64,000 nt of DNA from a virus (lineage: Duplodnaviria; Caudoviricetes), in IMG/VR virus record IMGVR_UViG_3300028840_001835; one strand, 5' to 3'. The notes beneath the pieces were generated by a model that saw nothing but the letters and a program-made list of their open reading frames with translations, made no database searches and was not told the origin of the DNA. The position numbers and the translations under genes were made by a program. Each line of letters opens with the position of its first letter. Positions within the stretch are counted from its first letter, which is position 1. Of the stretch, positions 25,164-35,114 are shown piece by piece.

Positions 25164-25509
25164 ATCATATTTTGAATTATGCGAGGATAAACAAATCGGT
25201 TGTTTCTTGTGTGCCGCCTTTGTTAAAGGTAAATGGAATGTCATCTGTTGCTCTGAGAGAATCGTCAAATACTCTTTTCTAAAAGGAATATATGGAGAAC
25301 TTCCGAACGAAAATGAACGTGGTATACGGAGATATAGATTAAATACAAAACAGGTTTCCCGTATGATAGAGATATCAAAGATTGAGTTTTCTAAACTTTC
25401 CTGGAACGGTTCGTATCTACCATGGGAGGTCAACGAAGCTCTTCAAGGAATAAGGTTCAACAATCGTGATGAATATGACGAGGATGCCGTTGATTGTTAT
25501 GAAAAATAA
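25153..25509 (+). CDS. Family A paralog
   Basis: KYSFLKGI; start MSSESY. Confidence 0.65.
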   Translation: MSSESYFELCEDKQIGCFLCAAFVKGKWNVICCSERIVKYSFLKGIYGELPNENERGIRRYRLNTKQVSRMIEISKIEFSKLSWNGSYLPWEVNEALQGIRFNNRDEYDEDAVDCYEK

Positions 25510-25529
25510 GTCAATTGAAAGGAGATAAG

Positions 25530-25730
25530 ATGAGTGAAGTATTTGGATTTATCATGGCATTATATATTGTACAACTATTTCTTGTATTCATGGCAGTCAT
25601 CATTCAAACTCTTTTGAATGAAGATATATTCAGAAGTATTCGACATATACTATTCTGGTGTATACCTCTCGTATGGGTTGTCCTTATTGTACGTACTATA
25701 ATTAAAAATCTAAAGAAGCTCGGCTGGTAA
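25530..25730 (+). CDS. Small two-TM membrane protein
   Basis: IPLVWVV...KKLGW; paralog of 24099..24299. Confidence 0.65.
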   Translation: MSEVFGFIMALYIVQLFLVFMAVIIQTLLNEDIFRSIRHILFWCIPLVWVVLIVRTIIKNLKKLGW

Positions 25731-25760
25731 GAAACGCTGGAACGATGAACTTGTAAATGG

Positions 25761-26162
25761 ATGGTTACGAGGATTTATGGGTTGCCCGATATGAAAGACG
25801 GAATGACTATAATAAATAGAGAGACTAAATATTTCATTGCGAGCGTAATGTTAAATTCGCCAACAGGTGGCTATCATTCTATTGCATGGATTAGATATTG
25901 GAGAAAGAAGTTTATTGTTTGTGTCAACATTCGTTCTGAGAGAATTTCTAGATTATTATTTCTTAAAGGCATCAAGAAATGGTGTATTGATTATGATGGT
26001 GACTTTTGTTATCTTCTCGATTGGAATAAACTTAGGATGTTTCTTAAACTTATAAAATTGATGGATAAAAATATAGACATTTATGAGTGTAAATATCAAT
26101 GGTTTCTTAGAGAAATTAGAGCGTTAGGTTTTGAGACTAAATGGGATAGCCCTAAGCCATGA
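25761..26162 (+). CDS. Family A paralog
   Basis: RLLFLKGI. Confidence 0.7.
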   Translation: MVTRIYGLPDMKDGMTIINRETKYFIASVMLNSPTGGYHSIAWIRYWRKKFIVCVNIRSERISRLLFLKGIKKWCIDYDGDFCYLLDWNKLRMFLKLIKLMDKNIDIYECKYQWFLREIRALGFETKWDSPKP

Positions 26163-26410
26163 TACTTGATCTGATACTGGCCCTATGTAGCCTAACGTTT
26201 GCTATGTCGATCCTTCCTCAGATAATAAGAGTGTATCGAATGAAGAAGGTTGATCAACTATCCTTCATGTTTCTAATACCCACGACGGTGGCGTTATTTG
26301 TATCGGTGGTTGTGTTATTCATACTCGGTTTATACTTCACAATGGCCATGAACGCATTACAGTTTATTGAATATATCATACTGGTTTCACTAAGGATGTA
26401 TTATGGGTGA
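26159..26410 (+). CDS. PQ-loop/SemiSWEET-like membrane protein
   Basis: ILPQIIRVYRMKKVDQLS, three TM helices, 83 aa. Confidence 0.75.
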   Translation: MILDLILALCSLTFAMSILPQIIRVYRMKKVDQLSFMFLIPTTVALFVSVVVLFILGLYFTMAMNALQFIEYIILVSLRMYYG

Positions 26411-26765
26411 ATACGAATATTGGTCTGATCGTGATTGTACAGATATTCTATTTGGTATCTATTATGAAAGAAGGGAACTCATAGAATATGATTACGGGCA
26501 TGAAATACTTGTCAAGAAATGGAAAGAACAATGGCTAATGTGTATTAATAGGAATTGTGAATCAATGAATAAGATCATGTTTCTAAAGGGGTTTAGGGTG
26601 TTTGATTATGATGAGGATCAGGATCCAAACTACATTGTCACATTTGAACAGATTTTCATGATTCTCAAAGAGTTATTTAGAATAAATCATAATCGTGTAC
26701 CTAATTTTCATGAGGAAGGCAAATGGTGGTTTTTAAAGATACTGGGGTCAATATATGAGTTTTAA
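26403..26765 (+). CDS. Family A paralog
   Basis: KIMFLKGF. Confidence 0.7.
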   Translation: MGEYEYWSDRDCTDILFGIYYERRELIEYDYGHEILVKKWKEQWLMCINRNCESMNKIMFLKGFRVFDYDEDQDPNYIVTFEQIFMILKELFRINHNRVPNFHEEGKWWFLKILGSIYEF

Positions 26766-27153
26766 AATAAGGCCCGTGGACATGGAACAACATCGGGAAG
26801 ATAGAACGTGTAAACTTGTTAGGGGCACAAAAAAGCCAGTTAAGGATATATGGACATTTGGAAACTCCCGTAATCCGACTTTCTTTTTAACGGTTGATGT
26901 GAAGGTAAAAATATACGAACATATTTACATATGTATCTATGAGGAGACATTTGAAAAATTAATCTTTCTAAAGAACATAAGGTTTGAGAACAAAGAATTT
27001 CTACAGAATGGAATATTGTATCGGATAGATACAAAAGCATTATGGGAAATTCTTGAACTTTATCTTGAACATACATGGTCAAAGAAACTTGATGTATATT
27101 GTAGAAGTACAACCAGATTTCCTGGAGCGTTACTGGTGACGGGGATAGAATGA
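26755..27153 (+). CDS. Family A paralog
   Basis: KLIFLKNI. Confidence 0.7.
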   Translation: MSFKIRPVDMEQHREDRTCKLVRGTKKPVKDIWTFGNSRNPTFFLTVDVKVKIYEHIYICIYEETFEKLIFLKNIRFENKEFLQNGILYRIDTKALWEILELYLEHTWSKKLDVYCRSTTRFPGALLVTGIE

Positions 27154-27500
27154 AATTTAAACATTCATTACAATACTATGATCAAACATTTGGTTCAAAA
27201 CGAATCTGGGCTATACATTCTACAGAGTGTGGGGTCTACATTGTACGAATTGGATCTTACTATAATGTATGGCACGATTCTGAGAAACTTCATAAACTAC
27301 TATTTCTAAAGAGATTAGATGATAATTGGGCAAATTTAGAGGATAAGGAAAATGGTCATATTTACTGTCTTAGATACATAACTAAGAAGGATCTTATTAA
27401 TGTTCTCAAAATGTATAAGGCTTCTTATGATACGATGAATATGCATCCTTGTTCAGACACACCAAAATGGATATACAAATTATTGGAGATTGAATATTGA
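27150..27500 (+). CDS. Family A paralog
   Basis: KLLFLKRL...CSDTPKW. Confidence 0.7.
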   Translation: MKFKHSLQYYDQTFGSKRIWAIHSTECGVYIVRIGSYYNVWHDSEKLHKLLFLKRLDDNWANLEDKENGHIYCLRYITKKDLINVLKMYKASYDTMNMHPCSDTPKWIYKLLEIEY

Positions 27501-27865
27501 GTGATTTTTTCAATGGAGATAAGTCTGTTAATGAGATTGGATTTATTCTCGGATTACATTCTAGAAAACACATGAACTTGTTTCGTGACTTCTGTCTATT
27601 GGTTCGAAGATTTAGAAAGAAGTTTTTAATAAGTGTTCCTGAAGAACATGAGAGGGCGAACAGATTGATATTTCTAAAAGGATACAAGATATTTGGTAGG
27701 GGTTCCTATAATGACCCGCTTTACTATGTGGACTGGTGGATGGTGGAACTTCTAATCAAGGACATGATAATGATAGATAAAGGTTTGGCTATGAACAATC
27801 ACACTGCACAATGGATAAAGAGGGATCTACTTGCATTAAACCCACATCTCGTGGATAACATATAA
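27497..27865 (+). CDS. Family A paralog
   Basis: RLIFLKGY. Confidence 0.7.
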   Translation: MSDFFNGDKSVNEIGFILGLHSRKHMNLFRDFCLLVRRFRKKFLISVPEEHERANRLIFLKGYKIFGRGSYNDPLYYVDWWMVELLIKDMIMIDKGLAMNNHTAQWIKRDLLALNPHLVDNI

Positions 27866-28206
27866 TGAGAAAGACATATATATTACATACAAATGATGGA
27901 TTTGTCTGCTTCGATAGGGACACCTTTCTTGGATGGCGGTTGTCATACACATCTGAAAGGATCGACAGGTTGATATTTCTTAGAGGTATACAGAAGATAA
28001 ACAACACAAACGATTACTATACCCCTGGAAAGCATTGCACCCGAAGGTTTCGCACATACAAGGAGTTCAAGAGGATGGTGATACCATGTATTAGAATGGC
28101 ATTTAGGGGTACATATGTAGCACAGCATCAGGACTTCCCGAGGAAACTTAATAGGGATCTTGGTTTTGTGGGGTTTGATTTTGACTATAGAAGGGCGATG
28201 TTATGA
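27865..28206 (+). CDS. Family A paralog
   Basis: RLIFLRGI. Confidence 0.7.
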   Translation: MRKTYILHTNDGFVCFDRDTFLGWRLSYTSERIDRLIFLRGIQKINNTNDYYTPGKHCTRRFRTYKEFKRMVIPCIRMAFRGTYVAQHQDFPRKLNRDLGFVGFDFDYRRAML

Positions 28207-28565
28207 TTAACCCTAATGAAATAAACAGTGATCGAATAATCGCTGACTATATGTTTCTAAGAATGGATCCTCTCAGGGACGCATGTTGGGCAGTGTTCTT
28301 TCAAGAGAATGAAAAGATCAGTTATGTAGCATTTAGAGACATTAATGCAGGAGACTTTATAATGACAGTAAACTCCGAGAAGATAGGTAAGCTGGTTTTA
28401 CTTGGCGGTTTTAAAGAGAGAAAACGAACTAACAAACTCCCTCAGTTCGTGATTTCATTCATTGGTCTTTGCACAGTTGCTGAGTTTGTAAGAAAGCACT
28501 GCGATGATATACATTTTGTTGAGGGCGTTCCGCCCTGGTTTGTGGAGCTGGTAAAATGCGGATGA
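28203..28565 (+). CDS. Family A paralog
   Basis: KLVLLGGF...PPW. Confidence 0.65.
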   Translation: MINPNEINSDRIIADYMFLRMDPLRDACWAVFFQENEKISYVAFRDINAGDFIMTVNSEKIGKLVLLGGFKERKRTNKLPQFVISFIGLCTVAEFVRKHCDDIHFVEGVPPWFVELVKCG

Positions 28566-28921
28566 CGGACACGATGGGGTCGTTGGAATCTAAGGATATC
28601 TGGGAAGTGTCCCTCCATGACAAGGGAATAATTGGAGGACACGTTGCGACAGTGTTTAGGCGACTGGGTGGTTACTATGATCTATGGTTCACGCCCGAGA
28701 TGGCTGGTCTATCGGGAATTCTGCTCCTTAAGGGTCTTCGACCCAGGATGAGGTTGTGCGAGACCACAAAATATGTTGGGGACGACTTGTGGTGGTACAT
28801 GGGACGATTGAGAAAGCATGAGCTGAAGAAGATATTAGGAATGTTGGGGTTCGTTCTCAGGACAAAAAAGATAGCCGTCTGTTCCGACACACCTGAGTGG
28901 ATAAAGGACATTATTACATGA
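28556..28921 (+). CDS. Family A paralog
   Basis: GILLLKGL...CSDTPEW. Confidence 0.65.
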   Translation: MRMTDTMGSLESKDIWEVSLHDKGIIGGHVATVFRRLGGYYDLWFTPEMAGLSGILLLKGLRPRMRLCETTKYVGDDLWWYMGRLRKHELKKILGMLGFVLRTKKIAVCSDTPEWIKDIIT

Positions 28922-29289
28922 TAGGAAATTATCAACTATTGCAAGAAATGCTTAACGATGGAAATATAATACATTTTCATCTAAATCGTACTGAATTTAT
29001 TGATATATTTAGAATCTGCAACGATAGATATAGTGTCTGGTTTAATATAGAAGGTCTTAGTCGTGTATTGTTACTAAAAGGTTATAACATTCAATTTGAT
29101 CAAGATACTAATGCTTGGGTAGTGGAGGGTCTAAGTAATCCTAAAGTACATCAACTTATTAAAGAGGTTGTCTTTCTGTGGAGAAATATTAAAGCAAACA
29201 TAAGTAGATCAACTAACATTCCCGATTGGGGAACTAAGTTTGTGAACACATTTTATAGAGAAATAAAAAAGGTACAGCAATGTTTATGA
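28897..29289 (+). CDS. Family A paralog
   Basis: RVLLLKGY...IPDW. Confidence 0.65.
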   Translation: MDKGHYYMIGNYQLLQEMLNDGNIIHFHLNRTEFIDIFRICNDRYSVWFNIEGLSRVLLLKGYNIQFDQDTNAWVVEGLSNPKVHQLIKEVVFLWRNIKANISRSTNIPDWGTKFVNTFYREIKKVQQCL

Positions 29290-29717
29290 AGGACGAATTA
29301 ATTGGTACGATTGAGGGAACATACATCGGCGGATTCGTTATACATAATCGAATTGAGGGTCTAATTGAGGCGGTACATTATGAGAAGATCATATTCTCTC
29401 GAAATATTCATAATAAATATCTGATGTATTTTGAGTGTGCGGAACTTGGTAAGTTGGTGTTTCTAAAGAACGTGAACTATGATGTGCTGGAACGTGGACC
29501 CCGACCTTTTTTCGTTTCAACATCGGTCGCGCAAACGGCGACTACCTGGACAGACAATAATCTATTCAAGACTAAGCAGATACATACAAAGGAAAAGATT
29601 TATGAACTTATAAAAGTGATATTTCATAAATACAAGGACATGATAATTTATATTGATGAAGATTCTGAATCATGGTTAATAAACAAGTTCGAGAAACTAA
29701 CGAATGAAAATAGGTAA
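29280..29717 (+). CDS. Family A paralog
   Basis: KLVFLKNV. Confidence 0.7.
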   Translation: MFMKDELIGTIEGTYIGGFVIHNRIEGLIEAVHYEKIIFSRNIHNKYLMYFECAELGKLVFLKNVNYDVLERGPRPFFVSTSVAQTATTWTDNNLFKTKQIHTKEKIYELIKVIFHKYKDMIIYIDEDSESWLINKFEKLTNENR

Positions 29718-30048
29718 GATGCCCTGGCTAGGGTTGACGCAGATGGGTATAGGATACGAACATGATGCATCATCGTATCTTGAATGTAAAGATTCTGCCC
29801 AGGGTTCTAAGGAGATCATAATTGGTGGAAAGTGGGGAGACTCCCTTGCAAGGTTATTGTTTTTATCGCCAGGTAAGATCAAATACGAGAAACATGATAA
29901 GTATGGACATGGTCATTACAAATTCTACTTGACAACATGGGAACAATTGAATATATTTTTAAAGTGTATCTTCTTAATTTACAAGGAAAGTAAATCTATA
30001 AGATTGATAGATTATGCTAACAGACAAATATTGTACAGGAGACGATGA
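29704..30048 (+). CDS. Family A paralog
   Basis: RLLFLSPG. Confidence 0.65.
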   Translation: MKIGKMPWLGLTQMGIGYEHDASSYLECKDSAQGSKEIIIGGKWGDSLARLLFLSPGKIKYEKHDKYGHGHYKFYLTTWEQLNIFLKCIFLIYKESKSIRLIDYANRQILYRRR

Positions 30049-30427
30049 AGTGGCTATTTTTCGAGTGTTAAAAGGTTCTGATATACCTCTTATTAGCGGC
30101 AGACTTAAGGTCGAGTATGTACATACCAGTTCTAGTTTTAATGGAAAAGATCATTATAGATATGGAGATGAATATTTTCCTAGAACCGATGTATATCCCT
30201 TAGATAAAGCAGGAGCGGGCGGATTAATATACTTTGGATTCAATAAAGACTCGGCGTTTTATAGAATCGCTTTCCTTCGTGGCATTGCTCTACCAAGCAA
30301 ATATCCCGGCCATTATCTAGTCCATATACATACATCGGAAGATTTTGATAAATTTGTTGAGGTCATATGTATGATCTATAGAGGAACACAAAGATTTCAG
30401 ATAACATATTCTTGTCCGACTAAATGA
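30014..30427 (+). CDS. Family A paralog
   Basis: RIAFLRGI. Confidence 0.65.
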   Translation: MLTDKYCTGDDEVAIFRVLKGSDIPLISGRLKVEYVHTSSSFNGKDHYRYGDEYFPRTDVYPLDKAGAGGLIYFGFNKDSAFYRIAFLRGIALPSKYPGHYLVHIHTSEDFDKFVEVICMIYRGTQRFQITYSCPTK

Positions 30428-30771
30428 TGTTACCAGCGAAAGGAAGAGGAATGTTTGAGATTGGAATGAATCTCAAGGATGATGATTGGACACTTGAGGG
30501 TGTATATTTAACAGATGTAAGGGTCACGGATTATGGACCTTGGATAAATCTAGAATTTAGTGATGATACACTAAAGAGATTGGTATTTCTTAAAGGAATA
30601 AAAACGTTTGAAGATAGGGGAAAGTTTTTGACAAATGTATACATAACAGAGGATCAGATCAAGGACTTTCGTGAGGCCTTGATGTTGGCGTTCAAGGGTA
30701 GACCGATCATATACACAGGGTCTATGTATCTTGGTCAGAAATTTGATTTTGATGTCTATGAAAAGAATTGA
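30424..30771 (+). CDS. Family A paralog
   Basis: RLVFLKGI. Confidence 0.7.
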   Translation: MMLPAKGRGMFEIGMNLKDDDWTLEGVYLTDVRVTDYGPWINLEFSDDTLKRLVFLKGIKTFEDRGKFLTNVYITEDQIKDFREALMLAFKGRPIIYTGSMYLGQKFDFDVYEKN

Positions 30772-31063
30772 ATTTATATTTGTATATGAACGTGGAATAT
30801 TAGGATATTCCAATCATCAGATAGAGACAGCATGGACTCCAGAACTTGGTCTGATCTTCAAACTGCCGCCATACTTAGGTAGACGAACACAGGACCATCT
30901 ATTACTTGCTGGGTTTGATGTTAAGATCGATAGAATATACATACAATCCAGAAGTCAGTTAAAGAAGGCGTGTGATGTATTGGCCGCATCGACACCCAAC
31001 CTTAGACAGATAAGATTTAGACCGGAGAACGCAGTTGATAAAATCTTTCCTAAAAAAACATAG
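30731..31063 (+). CDS. Family A paralog (divergent)
   Basis: HLLLAGF. Confidence 0.55.
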   Translation: MVRNLILMSMKRIEFIFVYERGILGYSNHQIETAWTPELGLIFKLPPYLGRRTQDHLLLAGFDVKIDRIYIQSRSQLKKACDVLAASTPNLRQIRFRPENAVDKIFPKKT

Positions 31064-31394
31064 ACCAAAACGAGGCACTCTCTCGATAAAAATAAATCTA
31101 TATGGTGAAATAATGACTAAGCCTTATTATTTTTTAAATGACAATGAAGCGATAGAAATAGAAAAAAGACGGATTGGAGCAAGAATAAAAATCACCCATC
31201 CGAAATTAGTTGATCTACTATTTCTAAGAAAGAAACAAGAACTATATCAAAACAAAGAGGGAGGTTATTTCATAGTGGCCAAAACCCCCATGGAGATCAA
31301 TCAGTTTCTATACATATGGAATTTGGTATACAAGAATACTCCAAAGGATTTATCAAAAATTAGACAGGCACTTATAAGAGAGATAACATGGTAG
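31035..31394 (+). CDS. Family A paralog
   Basis: DLLFLRK. Confidence 0.6.
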   Translation: MIKSFLKKHRPKRGTLSIKINLYGEIMTKPYYFLNDNEAIEIEKRRIGARIKITHPKLVDLLFLRKKQELYQNKEGGYFIVAKTPMEINQFLYIWNLVYKNTPKDLSKIRQALIREITW

Positions 31395-31717
31395 ATAGAG
31401 TATTCGTAACAATACATTCGCATGATGGTATTTCTGAGGAAAAGTCATTTGAATTTAAAAAGGATCATCTACCAATATATGTATCTGGAGATAAATTAAA
31501 AAAACTCTTATTTCTAAAGGGAGTGAATGTAGAAAACGCACCCGGTTTGTTTAGTACCGATAGAGGTCTTGTGAGATGTAAGACCAAGAAAGATTTTGAT
31601 CTAATTGCGAGTATGGTCAAATTAGTAGGAGATCCCGTGGTTGAAATAACCTATGATCATCAGATGTTCGCCGAAGCATTTAAAGAATTAAACAAAAAGA
31701 AAGGAAAGAAATCATGA
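31388..31717 (+). CDS. Family A paralog
   Basis: KLLFLKGV. Confidence 0.7.
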   Translation: MVDRVFVTIHSHDGISEEKSFEFKKDHLPIYVSGDKLKKLLFLKGVNVENAPGLFSTDRGLVRCKTKKDFDLIASMVKLVGDPVVEITYDHQMFAEAFKELNKKKGKKS

Positions 31718-32739
31718 AACTTATTCAGAATATTACAATGGTGTGCAGAAAACCAGAGAAGGATGGTACCATGCATGCGTATCCTATTGAGAAGGGCAAC
31801 ACAAAGGCATTAAAGAGTGCCAAATGGTGGGCTACTCAATATCGATCAAATAAACCAGGACCCATTGTGGATATACATGGCGTCACCAATAATGTGAAAG
31901 TTATTGACTATAATCATAGAAAATCTAATACTGTGTTTAAGGTATTGGTAAATGATAAGTACATCATGGATCTTCGTGATAGACATCTACTTGAGATTAT
32001 GCAAACCAATGGTATACATAAAGGTGGAATTGTTATGGGCGATCTTGTTTTCTGCATGGATCATAGTATAGGACTAATACCCGATCATGGAACGATGTAT
32101 GAAAAGGCATTGTTAGACTCCAAACGTTCAGTTGCCAAGTTTATCCCATTCACTCAGATGTCACCAGGAAATACATATGTCATGCGATCTGGAAAGGAGG
32201 AATTGTATCTAGGAAACTGGAAGATCCTCCGTGCAAAAGTCGAGAGAATTTGGGATAGAAATATGATGTATACACCAAGCTCAGGAAGAGATGGCGGCTT
32301 CAATCTAAAGGGAGTTGTCAATAGTAAATCTGCCAAGGTGTTTCTTGACAAATGGAGATCCAACTCTGATGTTACAAGATTAAGAAATCTGAAGAGTCCT
32401 ACGTCCGATAACATAGAGGAAATGGTTCTAAAATCAAGTAGTTCATTTATAGAATGTAAAAAAGGTAAAATAAAACCAAATCCAAAGGACATTCGTGAGG
32501 GAGTCTTTAAAAGGTTTCTGGAGAATGCTATTCTTAAAGATAGGGAGTCATATAAAGACTATAAAGGTGTAACAAGAAAGTCATCAGAGATTAGATTATG
32601 GAATATGTATTTTCGTATCATACCTTTCTCAAAGGACGAGGATGTGGCGATTCCTAGAACAGTGTTCGATGAGATGAAAAGACGTTTCCCTCACAACGCC
32701 CAGGAAATTGATAAACATTATAGTAAATATGTGATCTAG
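31714..32739 (+). CDS. Hypothetical protein (341 aa)
   Basis: Long ORF within the family A array, no recognised motif. Confidence 0.7.
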   Translation: MKLIQNITMVCRKPEKDGTMHAYPIEKGNTKALKSAKWWATQYRSNKPGPIVDIHGVTNNVKVIDYNHRKSNTVFKVLVNDKYIMDLRDRHLLEIMQTNGIHKGGIVMGDLVFCMDHSIGLIPDHGTMYEKALLDSKRSVAKFIPFTQMSPGNTYVMRSGKEELYLGNWKILRAKVERIWDRNMMYTPSSGRDGGFNLKGVVNSKSAKVFLDKWRSNSDVTRLRNLKSPTSDNIEEMVLKSSSSFIECKKGKIKPNPKDIREGVFKRFLENAILKDRESYKDYKGVTRKSSEIRLWNMYFRIIPFSKDEDVAIPRTVFDEMKRRFPHNAQEIDKHYSKYVI

Positions 32740-32741
32740 AC

Positions 32742-33044
32742 ATGCTTACATTGTTATTAAAGAATAAGGGTTCGGGTGTGGGCAAGTTCATATTCTCAGG
32801 CGATGGAAAAGGTGCCTGGTTGATTAAGGATGAGAAGGTGCAGAACCTTTTATTTCTAAGAGGATATAAAATAATAAATAATGACGGAGGATATTTCTTT
32901 GTGAGATTTCCAAAAAGTCATCGAGCAGCCTTCGTTAAATTCATTCTAAAAGCATACGGTAAAAGATATACATCAGTTAGGGTAACAAGGGAGATTCAGA
33001 AATCAGACATTGATAGAATGATTCAAAGAATAGGTGAAATTTAA
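32742..33044 (+). CDS. Family A paralog
   Basis: NLLFLRGY. Confidence 0.7.
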   Translation: MLTLLLKNKGSGVGKFIFSGDGKGAWLIKDEKVQNLLFLRGYKIINNDGGYFFVRFPKSHRAAFVKFILKAYGKRYTSVRVTREIQKSDIDRMIQRIGEI

Positions 33045-33362
33045 TTGTTGACAAACAATCAGTTCTTTTCTATATTTAGGAATATGGAAGAAAACAAATA
33101 TCCTATACAGGTCTCGCTGTGGTACGGAATACATTTTGAGAAGGCCTCAAAATTGTTTCTACTGTCGGCCATTGAGCATAACATGAGTCAGGATAGGATA
33201 ACTGTAATACTAAACACAAAGAAACAATTGAATAGGTTTGTGGACATACTAAATATTGATCTAAATAAAGGGATACTTCCATTTGTAGTTCGCCCTACTG
33301 ATGTACTTAACGAGCATTTTATGTTTCCGGTCAATCATGACAGAGAAAAAAGACATAGTTAG
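33045..33362 (+). CDS. Family A paralog
   Basis: KLFLLSAI. Confidence 0.6.
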   Translation: MLTNNQFFSIFRNMEENKYPIQVSLWYGIHFEKASKLFLLSAIEHNMSQDRITVILNTKKQLNRFVDILNIDLNKGILPFVVRPTDVLNEHFMFPVNHDREKRHS

Positions 33363-33672
33363 TATTTCTTCGGTGTGGCCGAACACTAATGAGGTCGTAC
33401 TTCTGGCGCCTCAAGGAAAGATATCTGGTCTATTATTAATCTCCGCAATTGATTTTGAGATTATAGAGATGGGATCAACGAATGAGGTAATTCGTGTGTA
33501 TCTGAAGACCCTCAAAGACTATCAGAGGTTGATATATCTAATAAGGAAGTATGTTAGCACAAAGACATGGGGAACTCTTAGAAACAATCATATAAAGAAA
33601 GAACTAAAGCATATAAAACATCAACTTGAAGCAACGGAGTATTATGGGCAGTGTGAAACTGAAGGCACTTGA
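33301..33672 (+). CDS. Family A paralog
   Basis: GLLLISAI. Confidence 0.55.
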   Translation: MYLTSILCFRSIMTEKKDIVSISSVWPNTNEVVLLAPQGKISGLLLISAIDFEIIEMGSTNEVIRVYLKTLKDYQRLIYLIRKYVSTKTWGTLRNNHIKKELKHIKHQLEATEYYGQCETEGT

Positions 33673-33961
33673 TCCTGAAAAGTTCAAGATGGTAATAGAG
33701 ATCGCTGACGAGGAAGAAGTCGATAAGGTTCTTCGGTTGTTATTTGTTGCCGGTATAAAACACACCAAGCCGAAGGGTTCGTATTCTGTAGAGATAAAAT
33801 GCACTGTGAACACGGAGGAGAAGTACGAAAGGATAATTAGATGTCTTGCGGATTGGCTCGGGACAACGGAAGGTATGATAATGAGTTCACCAATATTCAA
33901 ACGATATCTACGGAGAATACATGAAAAAGCAAATAAATCCAACAGACGTCGCACAAGCTAA
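33626..33961 (+). CDS. Family A paralog
   Basis: RLLFVAGI. Confidence 0.65.
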   Translation: MKQRSIMGSVKLKALDPEKFKMVIEIADEEEVDKVLRLLFVAGIKHTKPKGSYSVEIKCTVNTEEKYERIIRCLADWLGTTEGMIMSSPIFKRYLRRIHEKANKSNRRRTS

Positions 33962-34442
33962 ACTGTTTAAAACTATACATAGTATGCTGAATAGCCGTTT
34001 CGATGAATTGACTAAACCTAAAGAGAAAAAGACCTTCCTTAGTATGTTCATCCAAGCGATAACAAGTAAGGAAAAGTTAAAAGAGTTTAGAAACATAAAG
34101 AGACTTGACAAGGTGGTGAATGGTCTCTATGAGATTGAATGTACATTCAAAGTTAAAATTGGTAGTCAGTGGGTGGATCATGAACTAATCAAAGCACTAA
34201 CTATAGACGGGGATGATACACAAAGAAATTTGGATAACTTTAAGAAGATGTGCTTTATAGCAGGTATCGAATTTGATAGACCACTAACTGATACCGCGGG
34301 AGGATTTGAGAGATTCTCTGTGACCATAAAGTCAAAAAAGCACTTGAAAGTTTTAAGGCATTTAACAGATGGAAATATAAGACTTGAGAAATGGAAGTAC
34401 GGTAAGAGGAAAGTGGACAATGTTTGTGAGCCAGATACTTGA
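33921..34442 (+). CDS. Family A paralog with N-terminal extension
   Basis: KMCFIAGI. Confidence 0.65.
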   Translation: MKKQINPTDVAQAKLFKTIHSMLNSRFDELTKPKEKKTFLSMFIQAITSKEKLKEFRNIKRLDKVVNGLYEIECTFKVKIGSQWVDHELIKALTIDGDDTQRNLDNFKKMCFIAGIEFDRPLTDTAGGFERFSVTIKSKKHLKVLRHLTDGNIRLEKWKYGKRKVDNVCEPDT

Positions 34443-34695
34443 AATAAGGACGTATCAGGTTGATTCAGGCAAGACTGTGTGCAAGTTACATACATTCATA
34501 CCAAATGATCACATTGATAAGTTTAACAAATTATTCTTTCTTCATCAGATGCCATACTTTATTGGAAGTAGATCAACGGATGGTGTGTTTTGTAATTTTG
34601 TTCTTGATAACGAGAAAAGGTATAAGACATTCAGGTCTTTTTTAATAAGAAATAATGTGGCGGGTGCAGAGAATTTGACAAAGGAACTTGAATGA
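34384..34695 (+). CDS. Family A paralog
   Basis: KLFFLHQM. Confidence 0.6.
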   Translation: MRNGSTVRGKWTMFVSQILEIRTYQVDSGKTVCKLHTFIPNDHIDKFNKLFFLHQMPYFIGSRSTDGVFCNFVLDNEKRYKTFRSFLIRNNVAGAENLTKELE

Positions 34696-34886
34696 CCATT
34701 TTACTAATTTACGGATTGTTCATGGGGTCTCTTGGTCTATTAAATTGCCTGATCTTTTTAACAACATTATCAACGCTTAATGCTATAAGTACATTATTCT
34801 GTACTTACATATTCTGGAAGACAGGTGGTATGAATTTTATTCTTGACTGGTACAGGGATATACGAAATAGAATTTACTTATGGTAA
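34692..34886 (+). CDS. Small membrane protein
   Basis: Hydrophobic 64-aa ORF. Confidence 0.55.
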   Translation: MTILLIYGLFMGSLGLLNCLIFLTTLSTLNAISTLFCTYIFWKTGGMNFILDWYRDIRNRIYLW

Positions 34887-34892
34887 CAAGAG

Positions 34893-35114
34893 ATGTGGAA
34901 AGTTAAACCAGGATTAAAAAAGATGAGAGACCCAAATAGAATTCCAGAAATAATTAGTCTGTTATATCAAGTTTGGAAAAAACATCCAGACTCTAGACTT
35001 GGACAACTTTTATGTAATGCCGTCTCATTTAACGGATTCATGTCAGGAACTCACATATTTAGTATTGAAGATAAAGACCTTGTGGAGGGTTTGAAGAAAC
35101 TATTAGAATTATAA
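34893..35114 (+). CDS. YihD/DUF1040-like protein
   Basis: RDPNRI...VWKKHPDSRLGQLL...IED. Confidence 0.65.
   Translation: MWKVKPGLKKMRDPNRIPEIISLLYQVWKKHPDSRLGQLLCNAVSFNGFMSGTHIFSIEDKDLVEGLKKLLEL

Noticed and set aside
9476-34695. Diversity-generating retroelement or CRISPR array as the source of the paralog arrays
   Set aside because: No reverse transcriptase, no near-identical TR/VR pair with adenine-specific changes, and no regularly spaced direct repeats.
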